This document shows, piece by piece, positions 38,632-48,181 of a stretch of DNA of 64,000 nucleotides; position 1 is the first letter of the stretch, and each line of letters starts with the position of its first letter. This stretch comes from Abditibacterium sp. (GTDB lineage Bacteria > Armatimonadota > Abditibacteriia > Abditibacteriales > Abditibacteriaceae), in NCBI GenBank assembly GCA_965199495.1, contig CBDASK010000003.1:2176001-2240000 (forward strand). Direction: 5' to 3'. Below the pieces are notes generated by a model. That model saw only the letters and a list, made by a program, of their open reading frames with translations, ran no database searches and had not been told where the DNA came from. Both the position numbers and the translations under genes were made by a program.

Positions 38632-40415
38632 TTTTTCGGTTGGGGCGGTGGTTCCAGTAGCGTTTTTTTGCCACGGTAGGGCGCGACGAATTCGAGCGGA
38701 ACGTTTAGATTGGCCGGGCGTGGCTGGTTGCAAAGCAGCCACTCATCGTTGTTGCGGCCCCACACGTAGAACTGCTTTTCCAGAGCGGTCGCGCCCGTGC
38801 GCAAATGTTCGGTAATCACGAAAGCCCGGCCCGGTTTTTGGAGCCACTGGCGCAACGGCCCATCACTTTTTTCCGTTGAATAATAAGGCGAAGCCGCGAC
38901 ATCGGCATCGTTTAAACCCGACGAGTTATCGAACTCGAAAAAGTGCATCGGGCGTTTGATGTAGGGAATCGTGGCGGGCACAAACGCGCGATACGACGCC
39001 ACGCGGTCGCCCGGTTGAAGTAACGTCGCCAGGTTGCGCGCCATCAAACCAGAGTTTTCGTAGTTCGCAATTGTGCCCGCCAAACTCAAAATCGCCACAA
39101 CTATCGCGCTCGCCCCAGCGCTTTGCACCGCCAACATTGTGCGCTCGTCGCGGCGCGCGGCCCAAATTATCGCGCCGCAAAATAGTGTTAATAAGCCAAC
39201 CAAAGCCCACGTCCACGGCTCGCCGACGGTGCGCGGAATAATATGATCGTCGAGCAAAACACCGGGCTTAAAGCCCCAGCTTTTGCTGACTTTATCGCGC
39301 GCCGGAATCGCGATTAGAGCGAGGATCAACGCGAAGTTCAAGAACAGATTCACGCCGACAATCGCGCGTTTCCAGCCTTGGCCCAATAGATCCCAGCGCG
39401 CGACGGCGACGCCCGCCAACAGCGAAAACGCGGGCAGGGCGGGCAAAGCGTAGGAGATGAGTTTGGTTTTCGAGACCGAAAAGAACGCGATTAAAACCAG
39501 CGCCCACACAGCCAGAAACATCTGCGCGCGCCAATTTCTATCGGCGCTTTTGTCGGCGGAGCGGCGATTCCAAAAAGCCAACCCCGGAATGAGAAACCCC
39601 GTCCACGGCATCAAACCGACGAGGATGACCGGCAAATAATAAAGCGGCGAAGTCGGATGATGATAATCTTGTTTGCCGGAAAAACGACCGAGATTTTCCT
39701 CGAAAATAAAGGTGTGCAAAAAGCCGGGGCGCTGCGCTTCGACCAACAAAAACCACGGCGCGCCCAGCAATAGAGCCACGCCCAAAGCCAACGCGAGGGC
39801 GCTCCACGGCGCGCGTTTCCATCCGCCGACGAACGTGAGGTAAACCGCCGCGAACAAGAGCGGCAACGCCACGCCAACCGGGCCTTTGGAGAGCAACGCC
39901 ATCGCCATGCCGACACCAGCCACGGCGCCCATGAGCAGACGTTTGCGGCCTCCTAACTCGCTCGCCCAGAAAATGCCGAACATCGTCAGCGCGATGGCAC
40001 TGCACAGCAACATATCGGTGTTGGCGGTGCGTCCCATCGCGATGGCGCCGATGCCGCTCGCCCACACCATCGCGCCCGCCCAACCGGTGCGCGCGTTCCA
40101 AACGCGCGTGCCCCAAATCGAAAGCAACGCCATCACCAACAACGACGCCAGCGCCGGAACCAGACGCGCGCTCCACTCGGAAACGCCAAACGCGCGAAAC
40201 GAGAGCGCCGTCGCCCAGTAAATCAATGGCGGTTTGTTCAGGCGCGCCACCGTATTGAGATGCGGCACCAACCAGTCGGACGCGCCCGCGAACGGATGGG
40301 CCATTTCGTAAGACGCCGCGACGTAGCGGCCCTCGTCGGGATTCCAAAAACCGGCGTAACCCAAATTCCAGAAAAGTAGGGCAACTGGCACCAACCACAA
40401 CAATCGTCGAAGCAT
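38628..40415 (-). CDS. ArnT/GT39-GT83 family membrane glycosyltransferase
   Basis: DEGRY, KPPLIYW, LSKGPVG and TKLISYALP motifs. Confidence 0.9.
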   Translation of the reverse strand: MLRRLLWLVPVALLFWNLGYAGFWNPDEGRYVAASYEMAHPFAGASDWLVPHLNTVARLNKPPLIYWATALSFRAFGVSEWSARLVPALASLLVMALLSIWGTRVWNARTGWAGAMVWASGIGAIAMGRTANTDMLLCSAIALTMFGIFWASELGGRKRLLMGAVAGVGMAMALLSKGPVGVALPLLFAAVYLTFVGGWKRAPWSALALALGVALLLGAPWFLLVEAQRPGFLHTFIFEENLGRFSGKQDYHHPTSPLYYLPVILVGLMPWTGFLIPGLAFWNRRSADKSADRNWRAQMFLAVWALVLIAFFSVSKTKLISYALPALPAFSLLAGVAVARWDLLGQGWKRAIVGVNLFLNFALILALIAIPARDKVSKSWGFKPGVLLDDHIIPRTVGEPWTWALVGLLTLFCGAIIWAARRDERTMLAVQSAGASAIVVAILSLAGTIANYENSGLMARNLATLLQPGDRVASYRAFVPATIPYIKRPMHFFEFDNSSGLNDADVAASPYYSTEKSDGPLRQWLQKPGRAFVITEHLRTGATALEKQFYVWGRNNDEWLLCNQPRPANLNVPLEFVAPYRGKKTLLEPPPQPKK

Positions 40416-40502
40416 AAATGAGCTTTACAGCTTAGGGCGCCCGCGCCCGCGCTTCAAGCGCGCCCCGCCAAGTTCGGTCTTGGCGCGTTCTAAAAAATGC
40501 GT

Positions 40503-41267
40503 TCACCGCGCCAAAAATTTAACGGGATTGACCAACGGCTCGAAATCGCCGATGCGCGTCTCGACGCGGTCGCCATCGCGCAGGGCGCTCACGCCCGCCG
40601 GGGTGCCAGTCAAAATCACGTCGCCCGCTTCCAAAGTTATCGCCTGCGAAACGAACGCGATAATGCGCGCCACGCTAAACATCAGGTCACGCGTGTGGCC
40701 GTCCTGCCTCAATTCGCCGTTGACCAGACATTGCACACTCAAATTGTTGGAGTCCACATCGGTATAAATATAAGGGCCGAGCGGCGTATAAGTGTCCAAC
40801 GATTTGGCGCGCGCCCACTGCGATTCGCCGCGCTGAATCACCCGATCCGAAATGTCCTGCGCTGCCGTGAAACCCAACACGTAATCGAGAGCTTCGTCCT
40901 CTGAAATCGCTTTGCCGCGTTGGCCGATGACGACAGCCAGTTCCGATTCGTGGTCGGTGCGATGAGCGGGAAACGCGACTTCGATGGTGCCGCCGTGCGC
41001 CAACAGCGACGAGGGCGCTTTGAGCCACATTAACGGTTGCGGCGGCACTGCGTTGCCGTGTTCGGCGGCGTGATCGGCGTAGTTCAGGCCAATCGCGACG
41101 AGTTTGGAGGGAAACACCGGCGGCAGAATTTCGGCGTCATGAAGCGCGATGCTGTGCCCCGTGCGCCGGGGATTGTGGAACAAATGTTCGATGAAATGAA
41201 CCTTATCGCCTTCGATTTCGGCGTGTGCGGGCGCGTTGTCGTGCCAGAATTGTCCGTAAATGGGCAT
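40503..41267 (-). CDS. Fumarylacetoacetate hydrolase family protein
   Basis: GLNYADH, DHESEL, AKSLDT and GDVILTGTPAGV motifs. Confidence 0.93.
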   Translation of the reverse strand: MPIYGQFWHDNAPAHAEIEGDKVHFIEHLFHNPRRTGHSIALHDAEILPPVFPSKLVAIGLNYADHAAEHGNAVPPQPLMWLKAPSSLLAHGGTIEVAFPAHRTDHESELAVVIGQRGKAISEDEALDYVLGFTAAQDISDRVIQRGESQWARAKSLDTYTPLGPYIYTDVDSNNLSVQCLVNGELRQDGHTRDLMFSVARIIAFVSQAITLEAGDVILTGTPAGVSALRDGDRVETRIGDFEPLVNPVKFLAR

Positions 41268-41414
41268 AGAAATAAATTTTACGTTAAAACTTCGAGCGCG
41301 ATGAAATTTCCCTTTCAAGATTCGGCCAACAGCCAGTGCGGTGTATGGAGGCGCGCGTTTGCGAGAGCCACGGTGTCTCCCCTATTATAATGAATTGTGG
41401 TTTTGGGAGAAAAT

Positions 41415-42326
41415 ATGCAATTTCGGGTGGGCATAGACGGCGGCGGCACCACGACGCGCGCCGTTGTGATTGACGAAGCAAACCGCGTTTTGGGGCGCGG
41501 GCAGGGCGATGCGAGTAATCTCTATAATGTGGGATTGCAGGGGGCGCTGCAAAGCATAGACACCGCCGTCGCGGAGGCGTTGGGCGCGGCCAATATCGCG
41601 CGCGACGCGGTGAGTTCGTGGGGTTTTGGTTTGGCTGGCATTTCCGGCCCCGCCGAAAATGCGCGTTGGCGCGCGGCGCTGGAGCCGATTTACGCGGGCG
41701 ATTTGGCCATTGACGAGGACGTGGCTGCGGCTTGGGCGGGCGCGTTGGGGCCGGAGAATTTGAGCGCGGGCGGCGCGGTTTTGATCGCGGGCACGGGCGC
41801 CAACTGCTTTGGACGTAACGCCAATGGCGAGCGCCGTCGCGTGGATGGTTGGGGGCCACTTTTGGGCGACCGGGGTAGCGGTTATTGGCTGGGCGAAAAC
41901 GCGATTCGCGCGGCGATTGCGGGCTTCGATGGAGCCACGGCGCCGACTGCGTTGCAAAGCGCGTTGTTAAAGCATTTTGAAGTCGAGAACGTGGAAGATT
42001 TAGTTGGCGTGGTTTACGCCGCCGATTTCCGTCGTGACCGCATCGCCGCGTTTGTGCCACACGTCATCGCCCATGCGCGCGCGGGCGATGCCGTCGCCGC
42101 CGATTTGTTGAAGGGATGCGGACATCAACTGGCCCAAACCGCGCGCGCCGTTTTGGAGCCGCTCGACTTGAAAAAATTAGCGCTAACTGGCGGATTATTA
42201 CAAAATTCGCCCGAAATCCGCGCCGCGTTGCAAACCGCGCTGGGCGGCGAAATCGAATTGGTGGAGCCGCGCTTTGAAGCCGTCGTGGGCGCCGCGTTTT
42301 TGCCCGCGTTGGAAACGAAAGCATAA
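41415..42326 (+). CDS. BadF-type N-acetylglucosamine kinase
   Basis: GIDGGGTTT, IAGTG and GWGPLLGDRGSG motifs; adjacent to nagB. Confidence 0.88.
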   Translation: MQFRVGIDGGGTTTRAVVIDEANRVLGRGQGDASNLYNVGLQGALQSIDTAVAEALGAANIARDAVSSWGFGLAGISGPAENARWRAALEPIYAGDLAIDEDVAAAWAGALGPENLSAGGAVLIAGTGANCFGRNANGERRRVDGWGPLLGDRGSGYWLGENAIRAAIAGFDGATAPTALQSALLKHFEVENVEDLVGVVYAADFRRDRIAAFVPHVIAHARAGDAVAADLLKGCGHQLAQTARAVLEPLDLKKLALTGGLLQNSPEIRAALQTALGGEIELVEPRFEAVVGAAFLPALETKA

Positions 42327-42332
42327 TTGTGA

Positions 42333-42369
42333 TTTTGTAGAAACGCCGATTACTCGCGTCTCTACAAAA
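42333..42369. repeat. Single GTAG-type REP
   Basis: TTTTGTAGAAACGCCGATTACTCGCGTCTCTACAAAA. Confidence 0.75.
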
Positions 42370-42395
42370 ACTCGCGAAAATCCATAAACCGAAAT

Positions 42396-44159
42396 ATGAA
42401 TATCCAAATTCGCAGCGACTACGACGCGATTTGTGGCGAAGTCGCCCGACAAATCGCCGATTTAGTGCGCACGAAACCCGACGCCGTTTTGGGATTGGCG
42501 ACGGGCGGCACGCCGCTTGGCGTTTATCAGGAATTAATTCGTCTGCATCGCGAAACCGGGCTTTCGTTCGCGAATGTGCGCACTTTTAATCTCGACGAAT
42601 ACGTGCCGATGGCGCCCGATGCGCCGCAATCTTACCGGCGTTTCATGCAGAATCAGTTGTTCGATCACATTGATATCGCGTTCGAGAACACTCATGTTCC
42701 CAGTGGTCTGGCGCGTCCGGTCGAGCAAATCGAGGCCGATTGCGCGGCCTACGAAGCGAATATCGAAGCGGCGGGCGGTTTGGATTTGCAGATTTTGGGC
42801 ATCGGGCGCACCGGACATATCGGCTTCAACGAGCCGGGCAGTGGCGCCCAAACGCGAACTCGCCTGGTCGTGCTCGATTCGGTGACGCGCGGCGACGCGG
42901 CGGGCGCGTTTTTCGGATTGGAAAACGTGCCCGCGCGCGCTATCACGATGGGCGTCGGCACGATTTTGGGCGCGCGCCGGTTGATTATGATGGCATCGGG
43001 CGCGCGCAAAGCGGCGATTGTCGCGCAGGCTTTGGAAGGCAAAATCACCTCGAAAGTGCCCGCGAGTTTCGTGCGCGAACATCCCGATGCGACGATTTGG
43101 CTCGACGAAGCCGCCGCCGAAAACTTGTCGGGACACGGCGCGCTCGATGAGCCACGGCGCCGCCTGATTCGCACCGCTTTGGATCGTGGCGTGCGTTTGT
43201 CGGCATTGGAAGGTTTCGCCGCCGAAGAAAAACTGGCCGTCGAATCCGATTTGCGCGCGCGCGGGTGCGACGATAATTTGTTGCCACGCGGCCAAACGAT
43301 TTTGTGTTTGTCGCCGCACCCCGACGACGACGTGATTTGTTGTGGCGCCACGTTAATGAAAATGGCGGCGCGTGGCAACCGGATTTTCGTGGCCTACGGC
43401 GTTTCGGGCGCCAACGCCGTGCGCGACAAAGACGTTTTGGTGCTTTTGCGCACGCGCCATCCGCGTTTGATTTCGTATCTCGAAGCGACGCTGGAGCCGG
43501 GCAAATCGCTGGAAAACGCGATGGATGAAGTGCGCTTTAGCATCTTCGAGCGCGAGCCGGGCGCGCCCGATGCGCCGTTGCTGCGCGAGATGAAACGCTT
43601 GGTGCGCGAAGGCGAAGCCGCCGATGCCTGCCGAAAAATGGGCGCCAAACCGATTTTTTTGAAGTTGCCGTTTTACGGCGACGGCGCACACAGTCTGCCG
43701 ATCGGAGCCGCCGACGTTGAAATTATGAGCGAAATGTTGGTTCATGTCGCGCCCGATTTGGTTTTGCTGACCGGCGAATTGTCCGACCCTCACGGCACGC
43801 ACGAACTGTGCGAGCGCATCTTCGAGCGCGCGGCGGCGCCCATCGAAGAGGCCAACGGCGCGAACTTTGAGCGTTGGCTCTATCGCGGTGGCTACCTCGA
43901 ATGGCCCATCGAAGAGGCGAGCTATTTTTCGGTTTTTGGCAAAGCCGCAATGGACGCCAAAATCAGTTTGATTTTAGATCACATCTCGCAGATGGATCCG
44001 CTTTTTCCCGGCGGCGATACCCGCGAATTTTGGGAGCGCGCCCGCGACCGCAACCGCCAATCCGCGCGCGAACTGCAAACGTTGGGATTATTGCCGCCGA
44101 CGCGCTCGTTCGATCCGCTTTTTGTCGAGATTTTCCGGCGCAAGGGCGGCGACGGTTAA
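42396..44159 (+). CDS. nagB: Glucosamine-6-phosphate deaminase fused to a PIG-L-like deacetylase domain
   Basis: LGLATGGTP, FNLDEY, GIGRTGHIGFNEPGS; second domain has SPHPDDD and DPHGTH. Confidence 0.92.
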   Translation: MNIQIRSDYDAICGEVARQIADLVRTKPDAVLGLATGGTPLGVYQELIRLHRETGLSFANVRTFNLDEYVPMAPDAPQSYRRFMQNQLFDHIDIAFENTHVPSGLARPVEQIEADCAAYEANIEAAGGLDLQILGIGRTGHIGFNEPGSGAQTRTRLVVLDSVTRGDAAGAFFGLENVPARAITMGVGTILGARRLIMMASGARKAAIVAQALEGKITSKVPASFVREHPDATIWLDEAAAENLSGHGALDEPRRRLIRTALDRGVRLSALEGFAAEEKLAVESDLRARGCDDNLLPRGQTILCLSPHPDDDVICCGATLMKMAARGNRIFVAYGVSGANAVRDKDVLVLLRTRHPRLISYLEATLEPGKSLENAMDEVRFSIFEREPGAPDAPLLREMKRLVREGEAADACRKMGAKPIFLKLPFYGDGAHSLPIGAADVEIMSEMLVHVAPDLVLLTGELSDPHGTHELCERIFERAAAPIEEANGANFERWLYRGGYLEWPIEEASYFSVFGKAAMDAKISLILDHISQMDPLFPGGDTREFWERARDRNRQSARELQTLGLLPPTRSFDPLFVEIFRRKGGDG

Positions 44160-44256
44160 AAAAGTCGGAATTTGAGCAGAGAACAAAACCCGAAGCGTAT
44201 CAGCCGCGCCGTTTGTTTGGGTAGAGTTTTCTAATGCAGAGGCCACAACTTTGAGT

Positions 44257-44333
44257 GCGGAGCTGACGCACCCTTCCAATCGGTTATGAGTCCGAGAAAA
44301 GACCGCCAGATTGGAAGGGTGCGTCAGCCCCGC
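44257..44333. repeat. Paired inverted element, GGAAGGGTGCGTCAGC family
   Basis: GCGGAGCTGACGCACCCTTCCAATC...GATTGGAAGGGTGCGTCAGCCCCGC. Confidence 0.8.
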
Positions 44334-44443
44334 TCGTGTAATCTCTGCACTATGGAATCGCTCTATCTCTTACGTCGCACTTTTCTCGTCGCCAAGCGCG
44401 CATCTGGTTTGACTTCGACTTCCCGGAAAACTAAACGCGCGAT

Positions 44444-45430
44444 TTAACCTTCAAATCCCATCTGTTCCAATTCCTCGCGCGCCATCGCAATACTCAAGCG
44501 ACTGCCTTGCGGCGTGATGCGATGGGGCGCGCGATTTTGGTCAATGCACTCCAGAAAATAATCGATTTCGGCCTGATACGCCATCGGGCCGTCAACCTCA
44601 ATTTCCTGCGCTTTGCCGTCGCGATACAGTTGCATCGCTTCGCCCTTGGACGAATCCCAATACAAACTCGCTTTACTGCCGACGATTTCAAACGCCATCG
44701 CGAAATTGCTGCTGTTTTTGTCCCAGCCGCCGTGCAAATGAACTTGCGGGCCGCCGTCGTAATTCCACGTCGAATCCACTTTGAGCGGCAAACCGTCGCG
44801 AATCAAACCGGTCGTTTCGATAGATTTGGGCTGCCCAAACCACCACAGCGCGGTGTCCACATCGTGAACGTGCATATCCAAAACGGCGCCGCCGCTTTGC
44901 GCGCCGTCCATCAGCCACCGGCTCCAACTGGGCGCGCCGCCCGCGCGCATGAAACGCGCGTAAATGATGTCGCCCAGTTCGCCGCTCGCGATGCGCTGGT
45001 GCGCTTCGACGTATTGCGGCCAAAAACGCAAGCAATGCCCGACCAGCAGAAATTTGCCGCTTTTTCGTTGCGCTTCGATTACCGCGTCGCACTCTTCCAC
45101 CGTCCATGCCAAAGGCTTTTCGCACAAAACGTGTTTGCCCGCGTTCAGAGCGGCGATGGTAAATTGCGCGTGCTGGCGCGTGGGCAAACAAAAATCAATC
45201 AAGTCAATATCGGGATTCTCAATTAGCGCCTGAATATCGCTTGTGGTTTCGACGCCGCTCAAATCGAGCGCCGAATTCGCTTCGATATTGCCCGCGATTT
45301 TGGCGCCCGAAACCAGACGGTCGGGATTGCTGTCGCCCGCCGCGACGACAAGGGCGAGTGGGTTGTTTTTGTAACAGTTGAAATGGGTTTGGCCCATAAA
45401 TCCCAGACCGACGACGGCAGTTTTAATCAT
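44444..45430 (-). CDS. Gfo/Idh/MocA oxidoreductase
   Basis: GLGFMG, HVLCEKP and DMHVHDVD motifs. Confidence 0.93.
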   Translation of the reverse strand: MIKTAVVGLGFMGQTHFNCYKNNPLALVVAAGDSNPDRLVSGAKIAGNIEANSALDLSGVETTSDIQALIENPDIDLIDFCLPTRQHAQFTIAALNAGKHVLCEKPLAWTVEECDAVIEAQRKSGKFLLVGHCLRFWPQYVEAHQRIASGELGDIIYARFMRAGGAPSWSRWLMDGAQSGGAVLDMHVHDVDTALWWFGQPKSIETTGLIRDGLPLKVDSTWNYDGGPQVHLHGGWDKNSSNFAMAFEIVGSKASLYWDSSKGEAMQLYRDGKAQEIEVDGPMAYQAEIDYFLECIDQNRAPHRITPQGSRLSIAMAREELEQMGFEG

Positions 45431-45490
45431 AATTTTTCACTTCCACTCAACTTACGCCCTCACGCAGTGGGATTGATACGGCTCTTGGAT

Positions 45491-45624
45491 TGTCATTCTG
45501 AGCGGAGAGAGGCACGAACGAAGTCGAAGAATTCAGTGCGTTGGAGTTCATGCTTACGCTTGTCGACGCCGTTACGTCATGAATTCTTCGACTTCGTTCG
45601 TGCCTCTCTCCGCTCAGAATGACA
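45491..45624. repeat. Paired inverted element, GTCATTCTGAGC...GTCGAAGAAT family
   Basis: TGTCATTCTGAGCGGAGAGAGGCACGAACGAAGTCGAAGAATTCA and its reverse complement; second copy at 56187-56321. Confidence 0.9.
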
Positions 45625-45686
45625 GGCATGGGGCCACCACACTTGGTTGAGTAAGGTGAGTTACGCCGTTGGTTCGCTTCGTCACT

Positions 45687-46958
45687 TCACGACGGTTGAC
45701 CGACCGGCATATTCGCCGGTTTGCGATCTTCAACGCCGCTAATCAAATTTCCCTTGTCACCCGGCGTGGCTGCTTCGTCCAGCAACGGCTTGACGTTGGC
45801 GAAGGCTTGCAGCGCGGCTTCCAAGTCGGCGCGCGAATGGGCCGCCGAAATCTGCACGCGAATGCGCGCCTTTCCCTGCGGCACGACCGGATACGAAAAG
45901 CCCGTCACATAAACGCCCTGATTCAGTAACGCTTCGGCCAAGCGTCCGGCCAGCGCCGCGTCGCCCAGCATGATCGGCACAATCGGGTGCGTGCTTTCGA
46001 TGATGTCATAGCCCAATTCGGCGATGCCAGCGCGGAAAAATTGGGTGTTGTCTTCCAATTTGTCGCGCAAATCGGTCGAACTTTCCAATTTTTCCAAAAC
46101 GCGGAGCGACGTAGCTGCGATGACGGGCGCGAGCGAATTGGAAAACAGATAGGGCCGCGAACGTTGGCGCAACAATTCGACGATTTCGCGGCGCGCCGCC
46201 GTGTAGCCGCCGCTTGCGCCGCCCAGCGCTTTGCCCAGCGTGCCCGTGATAATGTCCACGCGGCCCATAACGTCGCAAAATTCGGAAGTGCCGCGTCCCT
46301 TGTCGCCCAAAAAACCGACAGCGTGCGAATCGTCAACCATCACGAGGGCATCGTATTTGTCGGCCAAATCGCAGATGCTTTTGAGGTCGGCGATAATGCC
46401 GTCCATCGAAAACACGCCGTCGGTCGCGATCAATCGAAAGCGCGCGTCTTTGGCTTTGACAAGTTGCGCTTCCAAATCGGCCATGTCGTTGTTGGCGTAG
46501 CGAAAGCGCTGGGCTTTGCAAAGCCGCACGCCGTCAATAATCGAAGCGTGGTTGAGCGCATCCGAAATTATGGCGTCGTCCGGCCCCAGCAAAGTCTCGA
46601 ACAGGCCGCCGTTGGCGTCGAAACACGAGCCATACAAAATCGTGTCATCTGTCCCCAGAAATTCGGATAATTTCGCTTCGAGTTGCTGATGAATGTCCTG
46701 CGTCCCGCAAATAAAGCGCACGCTGGCCAAACCATAACCGCGCTGATCCAACGCGTCGTGCGCGGCTTCGAGCAGTTGAGCATCGTCGGCCAAGCCGAGA
46801 TAATTGTTGGCGCACATATTCAGCACTTGGCGCCCGCCGACTTCGATATGCGCGTTTTGCGCCGAGGTGATGCGGCGCTCGTTTTTATAGGTGCCCGCCG
46901 CGCGCACTTCGTCGAGCTGCGCGCTGAGATGATTTTGGAATCGCGTGTAAGTTGACAT
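45687..46958 (-). CDS. kbl: Glycine C-acetyltransferase (2-amino-3-ketobutyrate CoA ligase)
   Basis: [27 protein letters not shown] and [10 protein letters not shown] motifs; next to tdh. Confidence 0.96.
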   Translation of the reverse strand: MSTYTRFQNHLSAQLDEVRAAGTYKNERRITSAQNAHIEVGGRQVLNMCANNYLGLADDAQLLEAAHDALDQRGYGLASVRFICGTQDIHQQLEAKLSEFLGTDDTILYGSCFDANGGLFETLLGPDDAIISDALNHASIIDGVRLCKAQRFRYANNDMADLEAQLVKAKDARFRLIATDGVFSMDGIIADLKSICDLADKYDALVMVDDSHAVGFLGDKGRGTSEFCDVMGRVDIITGTLGKALGGASGGYTAARREIVELLRQRSRPYLFSNSLAPVIAATSLRVLEKLESSTDLRDKLEDNTQFFRAGIAELGYDIIESTHPIVPIMLGDAALAGRLAEALLNQGVYVTGFSYPVVPQGKARIRVQISAAHSRADLEAALQAFANVKPLLDEAATPGDKGNLISGVEDRKPANMPVGQPS

Positions 46959-46981
46959 AATTTGATTTCCCTTGTGCTTTG

Positions 46982-47076
46982 GCAGAGACGCCGATTCATC
47001 GCGTCTAAAACTTAAATGAACTTGCGGACAAGGGCGAGACTTCGACGTTTTAGACGCGATAAATCTGCGTCTCTAC
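46982..47076. repeat. GTAG-type REPIN-like inverted pair between tdh and kbl
   Basis: GCAGAGACGCCGATTCATCGCGTCTAAAAC...GTTTTAGACGCGATAAATCTGCGTCTCTAC. Confidence 0.88.
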
Positions 47077-47088
47077 GAGCGTTGAAAG

Positions 47089-48114
47089 TCAGCTCCAATC
47101 GAGCACGACTTTGCCGCACGCGCCGCTCTTCATCGCGGCAAAGCCCGCCTCGAATTCGGTGTAGGGCAAACGGTGCGTAATGACCGGCGAAATATCCAGC
47201 CCGCTTTGCAGCATCACGCTCATTTTATACCAAGTCTCATACATTTCGCGCCCGTAAATGCCTTTGATCGTCAGCATATTGAAAATCACCGTATTCCAGT
47301 CAATCGGCATCGCATCGCTGGGAATGCCGAGCATCGCGATTTTGCCGCCGTGACACATCGCGCCGATCATTTCGGCGAACGCCTGCGGGTTGCCCGACAT
47401 TTCCAAACCGACATCGAAACCTTCCTGCATCCCCAATTCGCGTTGCACCTCCGCGATGCGCGTTTGGCTGACATCAACAGCCACGTCGGCGCCCAGCTTT
47501 TTCGCCAACTCCAAACGATGCGCATTGACATCGGTCACCACGACGTAACGCGCTCCGGCGTGTTTAACGACGGCGGCGGCCATGCAGCCAATCGGCCCGG
47601 CGCCCGTAATCAGCACGTCTTCGCCTAAAACCGGAAACGATAAAGCCGTATGAACCGCATTGCCAAACGGATCGAAAATCGAGGCGACATCCAGATCAAC
47701 ATCGGCGCGGTGATGCCAAACGTTGGTCATTGGAACCGCGATCAGTTCGGCGAAGGCGCCGGGCCGATTGACGCCGATGCCCTGCGTGTCCTTGCACAAA
47801 TGCCGCCGCCCCGCCAGACAATTGCGACAGCGCCCGCACACGACGTGGCCTTCGGCGGAAACGATTTCGCCCGCGAAAAAGTCGGTGACGTTGGAGCCGA
47901 CTTCGACAACTTCGCCCACAAACTCGTGCCCGACGATCATCGGAACGGGAATCGTCTTTTGCGCCCAGCTATCCCAGTTGTAGATGTGCAAATCCGTCCC
48001 GCAAATCCCGGTTTTCAACACGCGAATCAACACGTCGTTGATGCCAACTTTGGGTTCGGGCCTCTCTTGCAACCACAGACCCTCGCGAGCCTGACTTTTT
48101 ACCAGTGCTTTCAT
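47089..48114 (-). CDS. tdh: L-threonine 3-dehydrogenase
   Basis: [26 protein letters not shown] and [10 protein letters not shown] motifs. Confidence 0.97.
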   Translation of the reverse strand: MKALVKSQAREGLWLQERPEPKVGINDVLIRVLKTGICGTDLHIYNWDSWAQKTIPVPMIVGHEFVGEVVEVGSNVTDFFAGEIVSAEGHVVCGRCRNCLAGRRHLCKDTQGIGVNRPGAFAELIAVPMTNVWHHRADVDLDVASIFDPFGNAVHTALSFPVLGEDVLITGAGPIGCMAAAVVKHAGARYVVVTDVNAHRLELAKKLGADVAVDVSQTRIAEVQRELGMQEGFDVGLEMSGNPQAFAEMIGAMCHGGKIAMLGIPSDAMPIDWNTVIFNMLTIKGIYGREMYETWYKMSVMLQSGLDISPVITHRLPYTEFEAGFAAMKSGACGKVVLDWS

Positions 48115-48181
48115 GATGTTTAGATTAGTCTGACAAAAACTCGGTCAGAATATGTTGCAAATTACTTTTGCGATGAATCTA

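Noticed and set aside
45383..45629. Short ORFs across repeat elements (also 3047..3250, 55031..55387, 56161..56385)
   Set aside because: They are translations of palindromic elements, with mirror-image peptides on both strands.
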